Shown: positions 41,281 through 51,547, counted from the stretch's first letter. The stretch: 59,834 nt of DNA from an uncultured Bacilli bacterium (GCA_947589675.1 CANQCI010000003.1:1-59834); one strand, 5' to 3'. The notes: a model not told the origin generated them from the letters alone. Translations and numbers: made by a program.

Positions 41281-42933
41281 ATGAATTATAAGGTTTTGTA
41301 TCGTAAATATCGCCCAACTGGTTTTGACAGTTTAATTGGGCAAAATGCGGTTGTCCAAATATTAAAAAATTCTATACGAGAAAATAAAATAGCCCATGCT
41401 TATATTTTTTCGGGACCTCGGGGAACCGGAAAGACCAGCACCGCTCGAATTTTAGCAAAATCAATAAACTGTTTGCATAATCAGGATGGCGTTGCTTGTG
41501 GAGAATGTGAGAATTGTCAACATTTTAGTACGAGTCCAGATATTATTGAAATAGATGCCGCATCTAATAATGGTGTTGATGAAATAAGAGAATTAATAAA
41601 TAATGTTAAAATAATGCCAACATCATTAAAATACAAAATATATATTATAGATGAAGTTCATATGTTAAGTACAAGTGCTTTTAATGCTTTGCTTTTAACC
41701 TTAGAAGAACCACCAGAACATGTTATATTTATATTAGCAACAACCAACTTAGAAAGCGTACCGATTACGATTTTATCTAGGTGTCAAAAATTTGATTTTA
41801 AAAGGATTAATCAAAAAGACATAATTGCAAGATTACGATATGTATGTGAAGAAGAAAAAATCTCAATCGAAGACGATGCTTTAACAGAAATAGCTTTATT
41901 AGCTGATGGAGGTATGCGGGATGCATTAAGTATTCTCGACCAGCTTTCCAAAAATGAAGAAAAGATAACTTTAAATTTAGTAGTTAATGAAGTTGGTACA
42001 ATTTCAAATAAAAAAATAAGTGATCTTGTGGATTATTTAGATAAAAATGAGATTGATAACGTAGAAACTACGATAAAAGAAGTTCGTAATGCCAATTTAA
42101 ACTACAAAGTGGTTATAAAAAAATTAATTGATATTTTAGCTAGTAGAGCAGTTGATAATATAAAGTATGGGGTAGTTAATCATCTCACATATGATGATTA
42201 TAAAAATTTGATATTTGAATTAAATGAATTACTTAATAAAATAAATATTAGTATTGATCCATATGTCTTAATAGAAATCTTATTACTAAAATATATAGAT
42301 AAAAAGGAAATAAAAAATAGTAGTCCTGTTGATGTGAAAGTGAATAATGAGGTTAAAGAAGAACCTAAGGTTGATTTGGTAAGGGAGGTTCCTCCCCAAC
42401 AAATTAGCGAGGATGTTAAGCCTAAAGAAATACCTCGAACACCGATACAAAACGATAGTTTGTCTAATTATAATGTTGATATTAGAATTAATAATTGTTT
42501 TGTAGATGCATCTAAGGATATGTTGAATAAAGTTAAAAATGCTTGGAATGACTTGATTGAAAATGCTGATAAGGCTCAGCTTAAAGGCTTAATTAGTGAT
42601 ACTCAACCTGTGGCGTCTTCCGCAGGGTATACTATTATAGCTACCTCAATTAATCATAAAGACCAAGAACTTAATGATAATCTTGCAATGTTGGAAAAAG
42701 AATTTAATCAAAGATATAGTTTTAATTTAAAATTAGTATTTATTGAAGAAAAAAGATGGCAAGAGGAAAGGAATAAATATATTGAAAATATAAAACAAAA
42801 TAAAAAGTATACTCTGAAAGAAGAAAAACAAGAGGAAGAAAAAAAAGAAAAAGCAGAAGAAAAAAAGTTGGGAAATAACATTGAAGATGTTGTAAAAGAT
42901 ATTTTTAATGTTAATAAAATAGAAATAATTTAG
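41281..42933 (+). CDS. dnaX: DNA polymerase III gamma/tau subunit
   Basis: LYRKYRP, GPRGTGKT, EIDAASN, IIDEVHML, SRCQ. Confidence 0.97.
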   Translation: MNYKVLYRKYRPTGFDSLIGQNAVVQILKNSIRENKIAHAYIFSGPRGTGKTSTARILAKSINCLHNQDGVACGECENCQHFSTSPDIIEIDAASNNGVDEIRELINNVKIMPTSLKYKIYIIDEVHMLSTSAFNALLLTLEEPPEHVIFILATTNLESVPITILSRCQKFDFKRINQKDIIARLRYVCEEEKISIEDDALTEIALLADGGMRDALSILDQLSKNEEKITLNLVVNEVGTISNKKISDLVDYLDKNEIDNVETTIKEVRNANLNYKVVIKKLIDILASRAVDNIKYGVVNHLTYDDYKNLIFELNELLNKINISIDPYVLIEILLLKYIDKKEIKNSSPVDVKVNNEVKEEPKVDLVREVPPQQISEDVKPKEIPRTPIQNDSLSNYNVDIRINNCFVDASKDMLNKVKNAWNDLIENADKAQLKGLISDTQPVASSAGYTIIATSINHKDQELNDNLAMLEKEFNQRYSFNLKLVFIEEKRWQEERNKYIENIKQNKKYTLKEEKQEEEKKEKAEEKKLGNNIEDVVKDIFNVNKIEII

Positions 42934-42952
42934 AAGGAAGGAATGATTTATA

Positions 42953-43249
42953 ATGAATATGCAAGCAATGATGCAACAAGCACAAAGATTACAAAAAGAA
43001 ATTTTAAAAAAGAAAGAAAATGTGGAAAAGAAAATATTTCCCGGGAAATATGAATGGGTTGAAGTAAGTTTTAATGGTAAAAAAGAAATCCAATCAATAA
43101 AAATAAATAAAGAAGGGGATATTGCCCAAGATGATAAGGACATGTTAGAGGATATGATTATGTTAGCTATTAAGGATGCAATGCAAAAAATTGATGAAGA
43201 ATTTGATAAAGAAATGGGACAATATGGTTCCTTAAGTGGATTAATGTAA
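42953..43249 (+). CDS. ybaB: YbaB/EbfC nucleoid-associated protein
   Basis: MMQQAQRLQ, DKDMLEDMI; lies between dnaX and recR. Confidence 0.92.
   Translation: MNMQAMMQQAQRLQKEILKKKENVEKKIFPGKYEWVEVSFNGKKEIQSIKINKEGDIAQDDKDMLEDMIMLAIKDAMQKIDEEFDKEMGQYGSLSGLM
43035..43050. promoter_or_regulatory. Noc-binding site (NBS) within ybaB
   Basis: TATTTCCCGGGAAATA, perfect consensus, inside an 18-bp palindrome (43034-43051). Confidence 0.8.
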
Positions 43250-43250
43250 A

Positions 43251-43853
43251 ATGATATATCCGCCATCACTTGAAAATTTAATTAATTCGTTTAAAAAACT
43301 TCCAGGAATTGGCGAAAAAAATGCAGAAAGATTAGCCTTGGCTGTTTTAGATTTTAAAAATGATGATGTAGAGGCTTTTGCCAATTCTTTATTAGAAGTA
43401 AAAAATAAGGTGGAAAGATGTCATATTTGTGGTTACTTATCGGAAGGAGATACCTGTTCAATTTGTCAAAATGAATTTCGCAATCATGAATTAATTTGCG
43501 TTACGGAAGATGTGAAAAGTGTCGTATCGTTTGAAAAAGTTGGAAGCTTTCAAGGTGTTTATCATGTTTTAAACGGATTAATTTCTCCAGCTGATGATAT
43601 AGGCCCTGAAAATATTAATTTGCAATCTTTGGAAAAAAGAGTAGAGCAACTAAAAAATCCGGAACTCATTTTAGCGTTAAAATCAACCATTGAGGGAGAA
43701 ACAACTACATTATATATTCAAAAAATATTTGAAAATAAAAAGGTCGCAATTTCACGTTTGTCTTATGGAATACCTATGGGAGCTGAAATTGATTATTTAG
43801 ATATTCTTACTTTGGATAAAGCTTTAGCTGATCGTAAGCAAATATCATCATAA
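43251..43853 (+). CDS. recR: Recombination mediator RecR
   Basis: LPGIGEKNAERLA, C4 zinc finger, YHVLNGLISP, EGETT. Confidence 0.97.
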   Translation: MIYPPSLENLINSFKKLPGIGEKNAERLALAVLDFKNDDVEAFANSLLEVKNKVERCHICGYLSEGDTCSICQNEFRNHELICVTEDVKSVVSFEKVGSFQGVYHVLNGLISPADDIGPENINLQSLEKRVEQLKNPELILALKSTIEGETTTLYIQKIFENKKVAISRLSYGIPMGAEIDYLDILTLDKALADRKQISS

Positions 43854-43876
43854 AATGAAAAATCGATGCATAAATA
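43848..43876 (+). promoter_or_regulatory. Putative sigma-E promoter of bofA
   Basis: TCATAAA-N14-CATAAATA. Confidence 0.6.
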
Positions 43877-43881
43877 ATGAT

Positions 43882-44067
43882 ATGAAAAAAATTTTATTTA
43901 TTATAAAAAGAATAATATTTGCTTTTTGTGTTATTTATGCTTTTAATTTAGTAGGTGGGGGCTTAGAAATATTTATTCCGTTAAATGTTATAACCATAGC
44001 TGTTGTTTCTTGTTTAGGCATGAGTGGGCTTTTAGCTTTAATAGGAATATATTTTGTTTTGTTATGA
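43882..44067 (+). CDS. bofA: Pro-sigmaK processing inhibitor BofA
   Basis: Hydrophobic, FN..G....IPLN.IT......LG..G pattern; downstream of recR as in Bacillus. Confidence 0.8.
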   Translation: MKKILFIIKRIIFAFCVIYAFNLVGGGLEIFIPLNVITIAVVSCLGMSGLLALIGIYFVLL

Positions 44068-44087
44068 TAACCCCCTGAGGAGGTAAA

Positions 44088-44969
44088 ATGATTGAATCAG
44101 AATTAGCTAAGTTAATTACTTTTTATCATGAGGATAAGCTTTCTCATGCTTATTTGATTGAAACAAATAACCAAGCTCAAGCTTATGAAGACTTGAAGAA
44201 GGTTATAAAAAATATAATATGTCCAAATAAAGATTACCAAGATGAATGTTCTAAATGTAATTTATGTAATTTAGTGGATAATAATTTTTTACCATCCTTG
44301 ATTGTCATTGAAGCAACAGATAGTGCTTTTATAAAAAGAAATCAAATTGATGATTTAAAAGGACGTTTTAGTACAATACCAACATATACAAAAGTAAATA
44401 TTTATGTAATTAAAGAAGCGGAAAAGTTAAATGCTTCCTCAGCTAATGCTTTATTAAAATTCTTAGAAGAACCAGATGAAAATATCCTTGGTTTTTTAAT
44501 CACTAATAATAGTAATAATGTTATTAACACGGTAAAAAGCCGTTGTGAAATTATGAGAGTAATATATAAAGATGAAAAAGATAACTGGGAAGATAATCCT
44601 TACTATCAAGTAACTAAAGATTATTTAGCAAGTATTTTAACAAGTAATAGTAATGATATAATTTATTGTAATAGAAATAATTTATTAAATTATTATACTG
44701 ATAAGCTTGATATTATCAATATATTTCATTTACTATTAGATTTATTGCGAATTGCTATAAAAGAAAAACAAGTATCGCAAAATCAAAAATATCAACAAGA
44801 TTTTTCGTTTTTATTAAAAAAAGATATTAAAGAATTAATTCATTATGAGGAAATAGTAAGTAGATATATTGATGATTTAAATTATAATGTTAATATTGAA
44901 TTATTTTTAGATAAATTTGTAATAGAATTGAGTGGTTTATGTGGAAAAAGTATATGGTGTAATATTTAA
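44088..44969 (+). CDS. holB: DNA polymerase III delta' subunit
   Basis: SHAYL, C..C..C, SANALLKFLEEP, TVKSRC. Confidence 0.9.
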   Translation: MIESELAKLITFYHEDKLSHAYLIETNNQAQAYEDLKKVIKNIICPNKDYQDECSKCNLCNLVDNNFLPSLIVIEATDSAFIKRNQIDDLKGRFSTIPTYTKVNIYVIKEAEKLNASSANALLKFLEEPDENILGFLITNNSNNVINTVKSRCEIMRVIYKDEKDNWEDNPYYQVTKDYLASILTSNSNDIIYCNRNNLLNYYTDKLDIINIFHLLLDLLRIAIKEKQVSQNQKYQQDFSFLLKKDIKELIHYEEIVSRYIDDLNYNVNIELFLDKFVIELSGLCGKSIWCNI

Positions 44970-45717
44970 AGAAGGGGGAAAAAGTGCCAATTTTAAATCT
45001 GAATTGGCTATTGATGATGGTACTAACGTCATTGTTAATACAGATAAGGGACTTCAATTTGCCAAAGTTTTAAATATCGTGGAAGAACCGATAGAAGATG
45101 AGGATAATGAAATAGTCCGTATTGCGAGTGAAGAAGATTATGAGAAATATCTAGCTAATTTAAAGGATGCCGATATTGCGTTAAAGAAAAGTGCTGATTT
45201 AGTAAAATCAATGGGCTTAAAAATGCGGTTTGCGAGTGCTAGTTATAATTTTGATCGCAGTCAATTAATTTTAAATTTTACCGCAGATGAGCGAATTGAT
45301 TTTCGTGAGCTAGCTAAAAAATTAGCTGGTATCTATCATACACGGATTGAACTCCATCAAATTGGGGCTCGAGATAAAGCTAGAGTTATAAGTGGAATTG
45401 GCATTTGTGGTAAGAAATTATGTTGTAGTAATTTTTTAAAACAAATTGATGGCATTTCAATGAGTATGGCAAAAAATCAAAATCTTTCTTTAAATCCTAG
45501 TAAAATCAATGGTTGCTGTGGACGATTACTTTGTTGCTTAGCCTATGAGGATAAAGAATACTTAGAATGTTCTCAAGGTATGCCAACAGTTGGTTCCCAA
45601 ATGACCACTGAAAAGGGCGTGGGGATAGTTCAAAGTGTTGATATTTTAAATCGCAAATGCACAGTAGTAATTGACGGCAATAAAGAGGAAATTTTAATCG
45701 ATGATTGTCAAGAATGA
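44932..45717 (+). CDS. yaaT: RicT/YaaT (PSP1 domain) protein
   Basis: RIDFRELAK, GICGKKLCC, MAKNQNLSLNPSKINGCCGRLLCCL. Confidence 0.95.
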   Translation: MVYVEKVYGVIFKEGGKSANFKSELAIDDGTNVIVNTDKGLQFAKVLNIVEEPIEDEDNEIVRIASEEDYEKYLANLKDADIALKKSADLVKSMGLKMRFASASYNFDRSQLILNFTADERIDFRELAKKLAGIYHTRIELHQIGARDKARVISGIGICGKKLCCSNFLKQIDGISMSMAKNQNLSLNPSKINGCCGRLLCCLAYEDKEYLECSQGMPTVGSQMTTEKGVGIVQSVDILNRKCTVVIDGNKEEILIDDCQE

Positions 45718-46411
45718 TTTATTTGATTATCCTAATAGATACATTTATCAAGAAACCTCAGGTTTTAAATTTTCCTTAGATGCAATTTTACTAGCTGAAT
45801 TTGTGAAAATATCCCCTAAAAACCAGAGAATTTTGGATATGTGTACCGGTAATGCTCCCATTCCTTTAATTTTATCCACCAAAACAAAATGCTCGATTGT
45901 TGCTTTTGAAATCCAACCCGAAGTATATAAATTAGCTAAAATGTCAGTGGATGAAAATAACCTCACGAACCAAATAAAAATTATAAATGATGATGTATTA
46001 AATATTGCGAATTATGAAAACAAGGAAAAATATGATATAATAACATGCAATCCGCCATTTTTTGCTACGTCTAAGCAAGGATATTTTAATAAAAATGATT
46101 TATTAACAATAGCTCGTCATGAAATAAAAATTAATTTAGAACAAGTTTTTGAAATTGTTAGTAAATATTTAAAGGATAATGGAACTTTTTATATGGTTCA
46201 TCGTCCAGAAAGATTAGATGAAATTATTTTTTTAGCCCATAAGTATAAGATTAATGTAAAAGAACTTCAATTTATAGCCACAAAAGAACAGAACATTAAG
46301 TTAGTACTTATAAGTTGTAAGAAAAATAGTCAATGGGGAATTAAAATTAATAATACAATAAATGTGAATAATCTTAAAACATATCAACATTTATTTGAAA
46401 GGAAAATTTAA
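45701..46411 (+). CDS. yabB: tRNA1(Val) A37 N6-methyltransferase (YabB)
   Basis: FSLDAILL, DMCTGN, CNPPFF, ARHE, VHRPERL. Confidence 0.9.
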   Translation: MIVKNDLFDYPNRYIYQETSGFKFSLDAILLAEFVKISPKNQRILDMCTGNAPIPLILSTKTKCSIVAFEIQPEVYKLAKMSVDENNLTNQIKIINDDVLNIANYENKEKYDIITCNPPFFATSKQGYFNKNDLLTIARHEIKINLEQVFEIVSKYLKDNGTFYMVHRPERLDEIIFLAHKYKINVKELQFIATKEQNIKLVLISCKKNSQWGIKINNTINVNNLKTYQHLFERKI

Positions 46412-46963
46412 ATGAAGTTAATCGTAGGTTTAGGTAATCCCACCAAGGAATATGATAAAACAAGACATAACATAGGTTTTATGGTAATAGATAATTATTT
46501 AGGTCAAGTAAATTGGCAAAATAAATTTAAGGCATTATATTATAAAAAAAATATTGCCTCAGAAACGGTTTATTTTGTAAAACCATTAACTTTTATGAAT
46601 TTATCTGGGGAAGCTGTTCGAGAATTTGTGCAGTATTTTAATGTTGATATAAAAGATATTTTAGTTATTCAGGATGATTTAGATGAAAGTATTGGACAAT
46701 ATAAACTAAAAAAAAATAGTTCCTCTGGGGGACATAATGGGATAAAAAATATTATTAAAGAATTAAATTCAGAAGAATTTTTAAGATTAAAAATAGGAAT
46801 AAATAATGGAACTGTTTGTAATACAATAGATTTTGTTTTAAATAAATTTTCGCAAACAGAGATAGATACGTTAGAAAAATTATATCCGACGTTTAATAAT
46901 ATTATCGAAAGTTTTGTTATAAATGGTATAGAAAAAACAATGAATATTTATAATACTAAATGA
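46412..46963 (+). CDS. pth: Peptidyl-tRNA hydrolase
   Basis: LIVGLGNP, TRHNIGF, KPLTFMNLSG, GGHNG. Confidence 0.97.
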   Translation: MKLIVGLGNPTKEYDKTRHNIGFMVIDNYLGQVNWQNKFKALYYKKNIASETVYFVKPLTFMNLSGEAVREFVQYFNVDIKDILVIQDDLDESIGQYKLKKNSSSGGHNGIKNIIKELNSEEFLRLKIGINNGTVCNTIDFVLNKFSQTEIDTLEKLYPTFNNIIESFVINGIEKTMNIYNTK

Positions 46964-46970
46964 GGTTTAT

Positions 46971-49900
46971 ATGAATTTTTTAAATGATTATTTTAAATAT
47001 GATAATAATATGGAGATTTCCGGCTTAACTGAGGATTTAAGTAATATTTATTTAGCAAGACTTTATCAAGAGAAAAAGCAAAATATTATTGTAGTAACTA
47101 GTTCGTTATATGAAGCTAATAAAATTTATAATAATTTAGGTACTTACACTAATGATATTTTTATGTTTCCTATGGATGATTTTTTATCGTCCATGATTGT
47201 GGCTTTAAGTCCTGATTTAAAGTATAAACGTTTAGAAACTCTTAATAAAATAAAAGAAGGACAAAAAGGAATATTTATCACGAATTTAATGGGATATTTA
47301 AAGATGTTACCATCTAAGAAGGAAAACAATAGTTTATTGTTAAAACCTGATATGGTTATTAAGCGTGATGAACTTTTAACCCTCTTAACTAAGTTTGGAT
47401 ATCACAAGGAATCACTCGTAACTCAAACAGGCGAATATGCTGTTCGAGGTTTTATCATGGATTTATATCCTATTGATGAAATGCATCCTGTTCGGATTGA
47501 GTTTGATGATAATAAAATAGAGTCTATTCGTTATTTTGATGAAGCAAGTCAAATTTCCACTGGTGTAAAAGATAATATTAATATTAAAGCTTTAGAAGAA
47601 ATAAAATCGGATATAACTAATTCATTATATGATTATTTAGAAGAACCAATTGTCGTTATGATTGATAAAACCCAAATTGAAGCTTCCGCAGGAAAGCTTG
47701 CTTTAGAAATTGCTGAATATCAAGAAAAAAACACAATTTCGGAAAAGATAATGTATAGCATTGACGAAATTAAACCGAATAATATTATTTATTTAAATAA
47801 GTTTTCAACTGGTTCATATAATCTTAATGCCAAAACAATTCCTAATTATCATTTAAATTTTACCAAATTAGCTGAAGATGTTAGTAAATATCAAAAAATG
47901 GGAAAACAAGTAATTTTTTATTTAAGTAATGATAAGCAAATTAAAGAAATAAAAAGTTATGTTAGTAATTGTGAATTTGTAAAAGAAAGAATAAATCAAG
48001 GCTTTATTTTAGATAAATATGTGGTTATTAGTGAATATGACCTTGAAGAAACTCATCATCAAACGATAAATTATAAAAATAATTATCGAATAGGGAAGAA
48101 GTTAAAAGATTTTAATCAAATTAATGTTGGTGATTATGTTGTTCACTTAAGTCATGGGATTGGTATTTATAAAGGGATAACAAGTCTTACTGTCCATGGG
48201 GTTTTAAAAGATTTTATTGAAATTGGTTATGAGGATAATGATAAAATTTATGTCCCAGTGGAAAAAATAACGACAATCTATAAATATACTGATAAGGATG
48301 GAACTCCTCCAAAGATTAATAAATTAGGAAGTATAAATTGGCTTAAAACGAAAAAATATGTTGAAAGTAAAGTAAAGGATATATCCGCCGATTTAATTAA
48401 GTTATATAAAGCCAGAATTAGTGTAGTTGGCGAAGCTTATAAAGATTATCCCGAAGAATTAACCTTTGGTTCTAGTTTTCAATATGAACTTACAAAAGAC
48501 CAACAAAAAACAATTAATGAAATAAATCAAGATTTAAAAAGTACTGTCCCGATGGATCGGCTTTTATGTGGCGATGTTGGTTTTGGGAAAACAGAAGTAG
48601 CAATGCGGGCAATATTTAAAACGATTTTAAATAATAAACAGGCAATGTATTTATGTCCAACCACTATTTTATCCAAACAACAATATTTAGTGGCTAAAGA
48701 ACGTTTTAAAGAATGGGCAATTGATATTGAGCTAATAAATCGCCATGTTTCTACTAAGAAAATAAAAGAAATTAAAGAAAATTTACAAAAGGGCAAAATC
48801 GATTTAGTTGTGGGGACACATCGCTTATTAAGTGATGATATCAAATTTAAAGATTTAGGGTTATTAATTGTGGATGAAGAACAACGTTTTGGCGTAACCC
48901 ATAAAGAAAAAATTAAAAAGTATAAAAACGATGTTAATGTTTTAACTTTAAGTGCCACGCCAATTCCTCGAACTTTAAAAATGGCGATGTCAGGACTAAG
49001 GGATTTATCAGTTATAGATACCCCACCTGTCAATAGATATCCGGTGCAAACCTATGTTGTAGTGGAAGATGATTTAATTATTCGTGATGCTATTTATAAA
49101 GAATTATCCCGAGCCGGACAAACATTTATTTTATATAATAGTATCGAAAATATTGAAAACTATACTTATCATATTCAATCCTTAATTCCCGAAGCTCGCA
49201 TAAAATTTGCTCATGGGCGAATGGATAAAAATGAATTGGAAATGATTATGGCAAGCTTTGTTAATCAAGAATATGATATTTTAGTATGTACTACCATTAT
49301 CGAAAGTGGAATAGATATTCCCAATGTAAATACTTTGATTGTGCATGATGCTGACCATTTTGGGTTGAGTCAATTATACCAAATAAGAGGAAGAGTCGGA
49401 CGAAGTAATAAAATTGCTTATGCGTACCTTTTATATGAAAAAAGTAAAGTTTTAAATGATATCGCTGTCAAACGGTTAGAAACCATAAAAGAGTTTACCG
49501 AACTAGGTAGTGGTTACCGAATAGCCATGCGGGATTTAAGTATTCGTGGAGCTGGAGATATCTTTGGTGCTTCCCAAGCGGGCTTTGTTGATTCTGTCGG
49601 TATTAATTTATATATGAAAATGATTGAAGATGAAATTAAAAGACAACAAGGCATAGAAGTTAGTAACGATGATGAGGGAACTAAAGCTTTAATTAATGTA
49701 GCTACTCATATCAGTGATGAATATGTAGCAGATGAAGATATTAAAATCGAAATTCACCAAAAAATTAACGAAATTGATTCTTATGAAAAATTATTAAGTA
49801 TTAAAGATGAATTAGAAGACCGTTTTGGTAAAATTGATAATGACCTTTTAGTTTATATGTATGAAGAATGGTTTGAAAAAATAGCTCAAAAATATCATAT

Positions 49901-50120
49901 TACTAAGGTTAATCAAACCGATCGTTTTATTGAAATTGAATTACCGGAAGATATATCTAAAGAAATTAAAGGGGATAAACTTTTAATGGAAGCTTTAGCT
50001 TTATCCCGAAATTTTAATATTAGTTATCAAATGGGGAAAATTACAATTCAATTAAAATACCAAGGTTTAGATAAACATTTTATAATTTATATTGTAACTT
50101 TATTAGAAAAAGTATTATAA
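46971..50120 (+). CDS. mfd: Transcription-repair coupling factor
   Basis: GDYVVH..HGIG, CGDVGFGKTEVA, DEEQRFG, QIRGRVGR. Confidence 0.97.
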   Translation: MNFLNDYFKYDNNMEISGLTEDLSNIYLARLYQEKKQNIIVVTSSLYEANKIYNNLGTYTNDIFMFPMDDFLSSMIVALSPDLKYKRLETLNKIKEGQKGIFITNLMGYLKMLPSKKENNSLLLKPDMVIKRDELLTLLTKFGYHKESLVTQTGEYAVRGFIMDLYPIDEMHPVRIEFDDNKIESIRYFDEASQISTGVKDNINIKALEEIKSDITNSLYDYLEEPIVVMIDKTQIEASAGKLALEIAEYQEKNTISEKIMYSIDEIKPNNIIYLNKFSTGSYNLNAKTIPNYHLNFTKLAEDVSKYQKMGKQVIFYLSNDKQIKEIKSYVSNCEFVKERINQGFILDKYVVISEYDLEETHHQTINYKNNYRIGKKLKDFNQINVGDYVVHLSHGIGIYKGITSLTVHGVLKDFIEIGYEDNDKIYVPVEKITTIYKYTDKDGTPPKINKLGSINWLKTKKYVESKVKDISADLIKLYKARISVVGEAYKDYPEELTFGSSFQYELTKDQQKTINEINQDLKSTVPMDRLLCGDVGFGKTEVAMRAIFKTILNNKQAMYLCPTTILSKQQYLVAKERFKEWAIDIELINRHVSTKKIKEIKENLQKGKIDLVVGTHRLLSDDIKFKDLGLLIVDEEQRFGVTHKEKIKKYKNDVNVLTLSATPIPRTLKMAMSGLRDLSVIDTPPVNRYPVQTYVVVEDDLIIRDAIYKELSRAGQTFILYNSIENIENYTYHIQSLIPEARIKFAHGRMDKNELEMIMASFVNQEYDILVCTTIIESGIDIPNVNTLIVHDADHFGLSQLYQIRGRVGRSNKIAYAYLLYEKSKVLNDIAVKRLETIKEFTELGSGYRIAMRDLSIRGAGDIFGASQAGFVDSVGINLYMKMIEDEIKRQQGIEVSNDDEGTKALINVATHISDEYVADEDIKIEIHQKINEIDSYEKLLSIKDELEDRFGKIDNDLLVYMYEEWFEKIAQKYHITKVNQTDRFIEIELPEDISKEIKGDKLLMEALALSRNFNISYQMGKITIQLKYQGLDKHFIIYIVTLLEKVL

Positions 50121-50149
50121 GTATAAATTTTAAAAAAAACTCCAAACTA
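50121..50149 (+). promoter_or_regulatory. Putative sigma-G promoter of spoVT
   Basis: GTATA-N17-CAAACTA. Confidence 0.6.
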
Positions 50150-50173
50150 ATAACGAAGTGGAGTGAATAATTT

Positions 50174-50689
50174 TTGAAAGCTACAGGAGTTACAAGAAAA
50201 ATTGATGAATTAGGAAGAATAGTTATTCCAAAAGAAATAAGACGAAATTTAGGAATAAGAGATGGGGAGTCTTTAGAAATATATACAGCTGATGAGGGAA
50301 TATATTTAAAAAAACATTCTATATTACATAATATTGAAGATATTGCTAGTAAGTTATGTGAAATTATTAGTTCAGTTTTAGATGTAGAAATTTTTTTAAC
50401 CGACCGTGAAAAGTTTATTGCCTCAGCTCATCACGAGGAATTAATTGGTAAGAAAATACCGGAGGAATTAATAAATTTAATTGATAAAAGAGAAAGTAAA
50501 AATTATGAGGAAGAAACAACCCTTAAAATTAATGATGAAGAAATAACTGGTTATATTAGTATAGTACCAATTATTGCTTCCATTGACTCATTAGGTTTGG
50601 TTTTAATTGTTTCAGAGAAGCCGAATAATAATCAAGACATTGCCAAATTGATGGCAAAAATTATGGCAGAAAAATTAGATATTTACTAA
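50174..50689 (+). CDS. spoVT: Stage V sporulation protein T
   Basis: AbrB-type KATGVTRKIDELGRIVIPKEIRR plus a GAF-like C-terminal domain; follows mfd. Confidence 0.92.
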   Translation: MKATGVTRKIDELGRIVIPKEIRRNLGIRDGESLEIYTADEGIYLKKHSILHNIEDIASKLCEIISSVLDVEIFLTDREKFIASAHHEELIGKKIPEELINLIDKRESKNYEEETTLKINDEEITGYISIVPIIASIDSLGLVLIVSEKPNNNQDIAKLMAKIMAEKLDIY

Positions 50690-50714
50690 GAGTGTAAGAA
50701 ATTACACTTTTTTT
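50688..50714 (+). terminator. Intrinsic terminator after spoVT
   Basis: AGTGTAA-gaaa-TTACACT followed by a T-run. Confidence 0.65.
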
Positions 50715-50759
50715 CTGGGCATTATTTTGCTACAATTTAACTAGAAATGAGGAATAATT

Positions 50760-51515
50760 ATGTTTATTGATACCCATGCTCATGTTTTGGTAGAGTATTA
50801 TGAAGATATAGATGCAATTATTAATAATGCTAAAAGTGCCCAAGTAAATTTGATTATTAATAATGGATGTGATGCCAAAAGTAATCAGGAAGTTTTGGCT
50901 AATTTAAGTGATAATATAGTTGGAGCATTAGGAATACATCCCGAAAGTGTTTTAGATTACACTGATGAAGATTTAAAAATTTTGGAAAATAATTTAAATA
51001 ATCCTCGCATTGTAGCAATTGGCGAAATTGGTTTAGACTACCATTATGGGAAAGAAAATCGAGAAAAACAAATAGAGTTATTTAGTAAACAATTAGAATT
51101 AGCTTTAAAATATCAGATGCCAGTTATTATTCATTCTCGTGATGCTACTCAAGATACCATTGATACTTTAAAGAAATATCCCGTAAGAGGGGTAATTCAT
51201 TCCTTCTCAGGTAGTCTGGAAACCGCCCGAATATATATAAAGATGGGTTTTTTGCTAGGGGTTAATGGAGTAGTAACTTTTAAAAATGCCCACTTAAAAG
51301 AAATAATTAAAGAAATATCTTTAGAAAATATTGTGTTAGAAACTGATAGTCCATATTTGACTCCAGAACCTTATCGGGGTAAGCAAAATGAACCACAAAA
51401 TATTTTGACGATTGCCAAATTTTTAAGTGCTTATTTAGAAGTTGATTTAGAAGAAATTGCGAAGATAACTACCCAAAATGCTAAGCGAATTTTTGACAAA
51501 CTACCAGATAATTGA
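50760..51515 (+). CDS. tatD: TatD-family nuclease
   Basis: IDTHAH, GIHP, GEIGLDY, IHSR, ETDSPY. Confidence 0.95.
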   Translation: MFIDTHAHVLVEYYEDIDAIINNAKSAQVNLIINNGCDAKSNQEVLANLSDNIVGALGIHPESVLDYTDEDLKILENNLNNPRIVAIGEIGLDYHYGKENREKQIELFSKQLELALKYQMPVIIHSRDATQDTIDTLKKYPVRGVIHSFSGSLETARIYIKMGFLLGVNGVVTFKNAHLKEIIKEISLENIVLETDSPYLTPEPYRGKQNEPQNILTIAKFLSAYLEVDLEEIAKITTQNAKRIFDKLPDN

Positions 51516-51547
51516 TATAATCTACTTATCCAATTGAGGTGGATCCA

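Noticed and set aside
42835-42870. A-AAA-AAG slippery heptamer in dnaX (programmed frameshift)
   Set aside because: It is only about 20 codons from the stop, in a Lys/Glu-rich tract of an AT-rich gene, and no stimulatory hairpin is evident.
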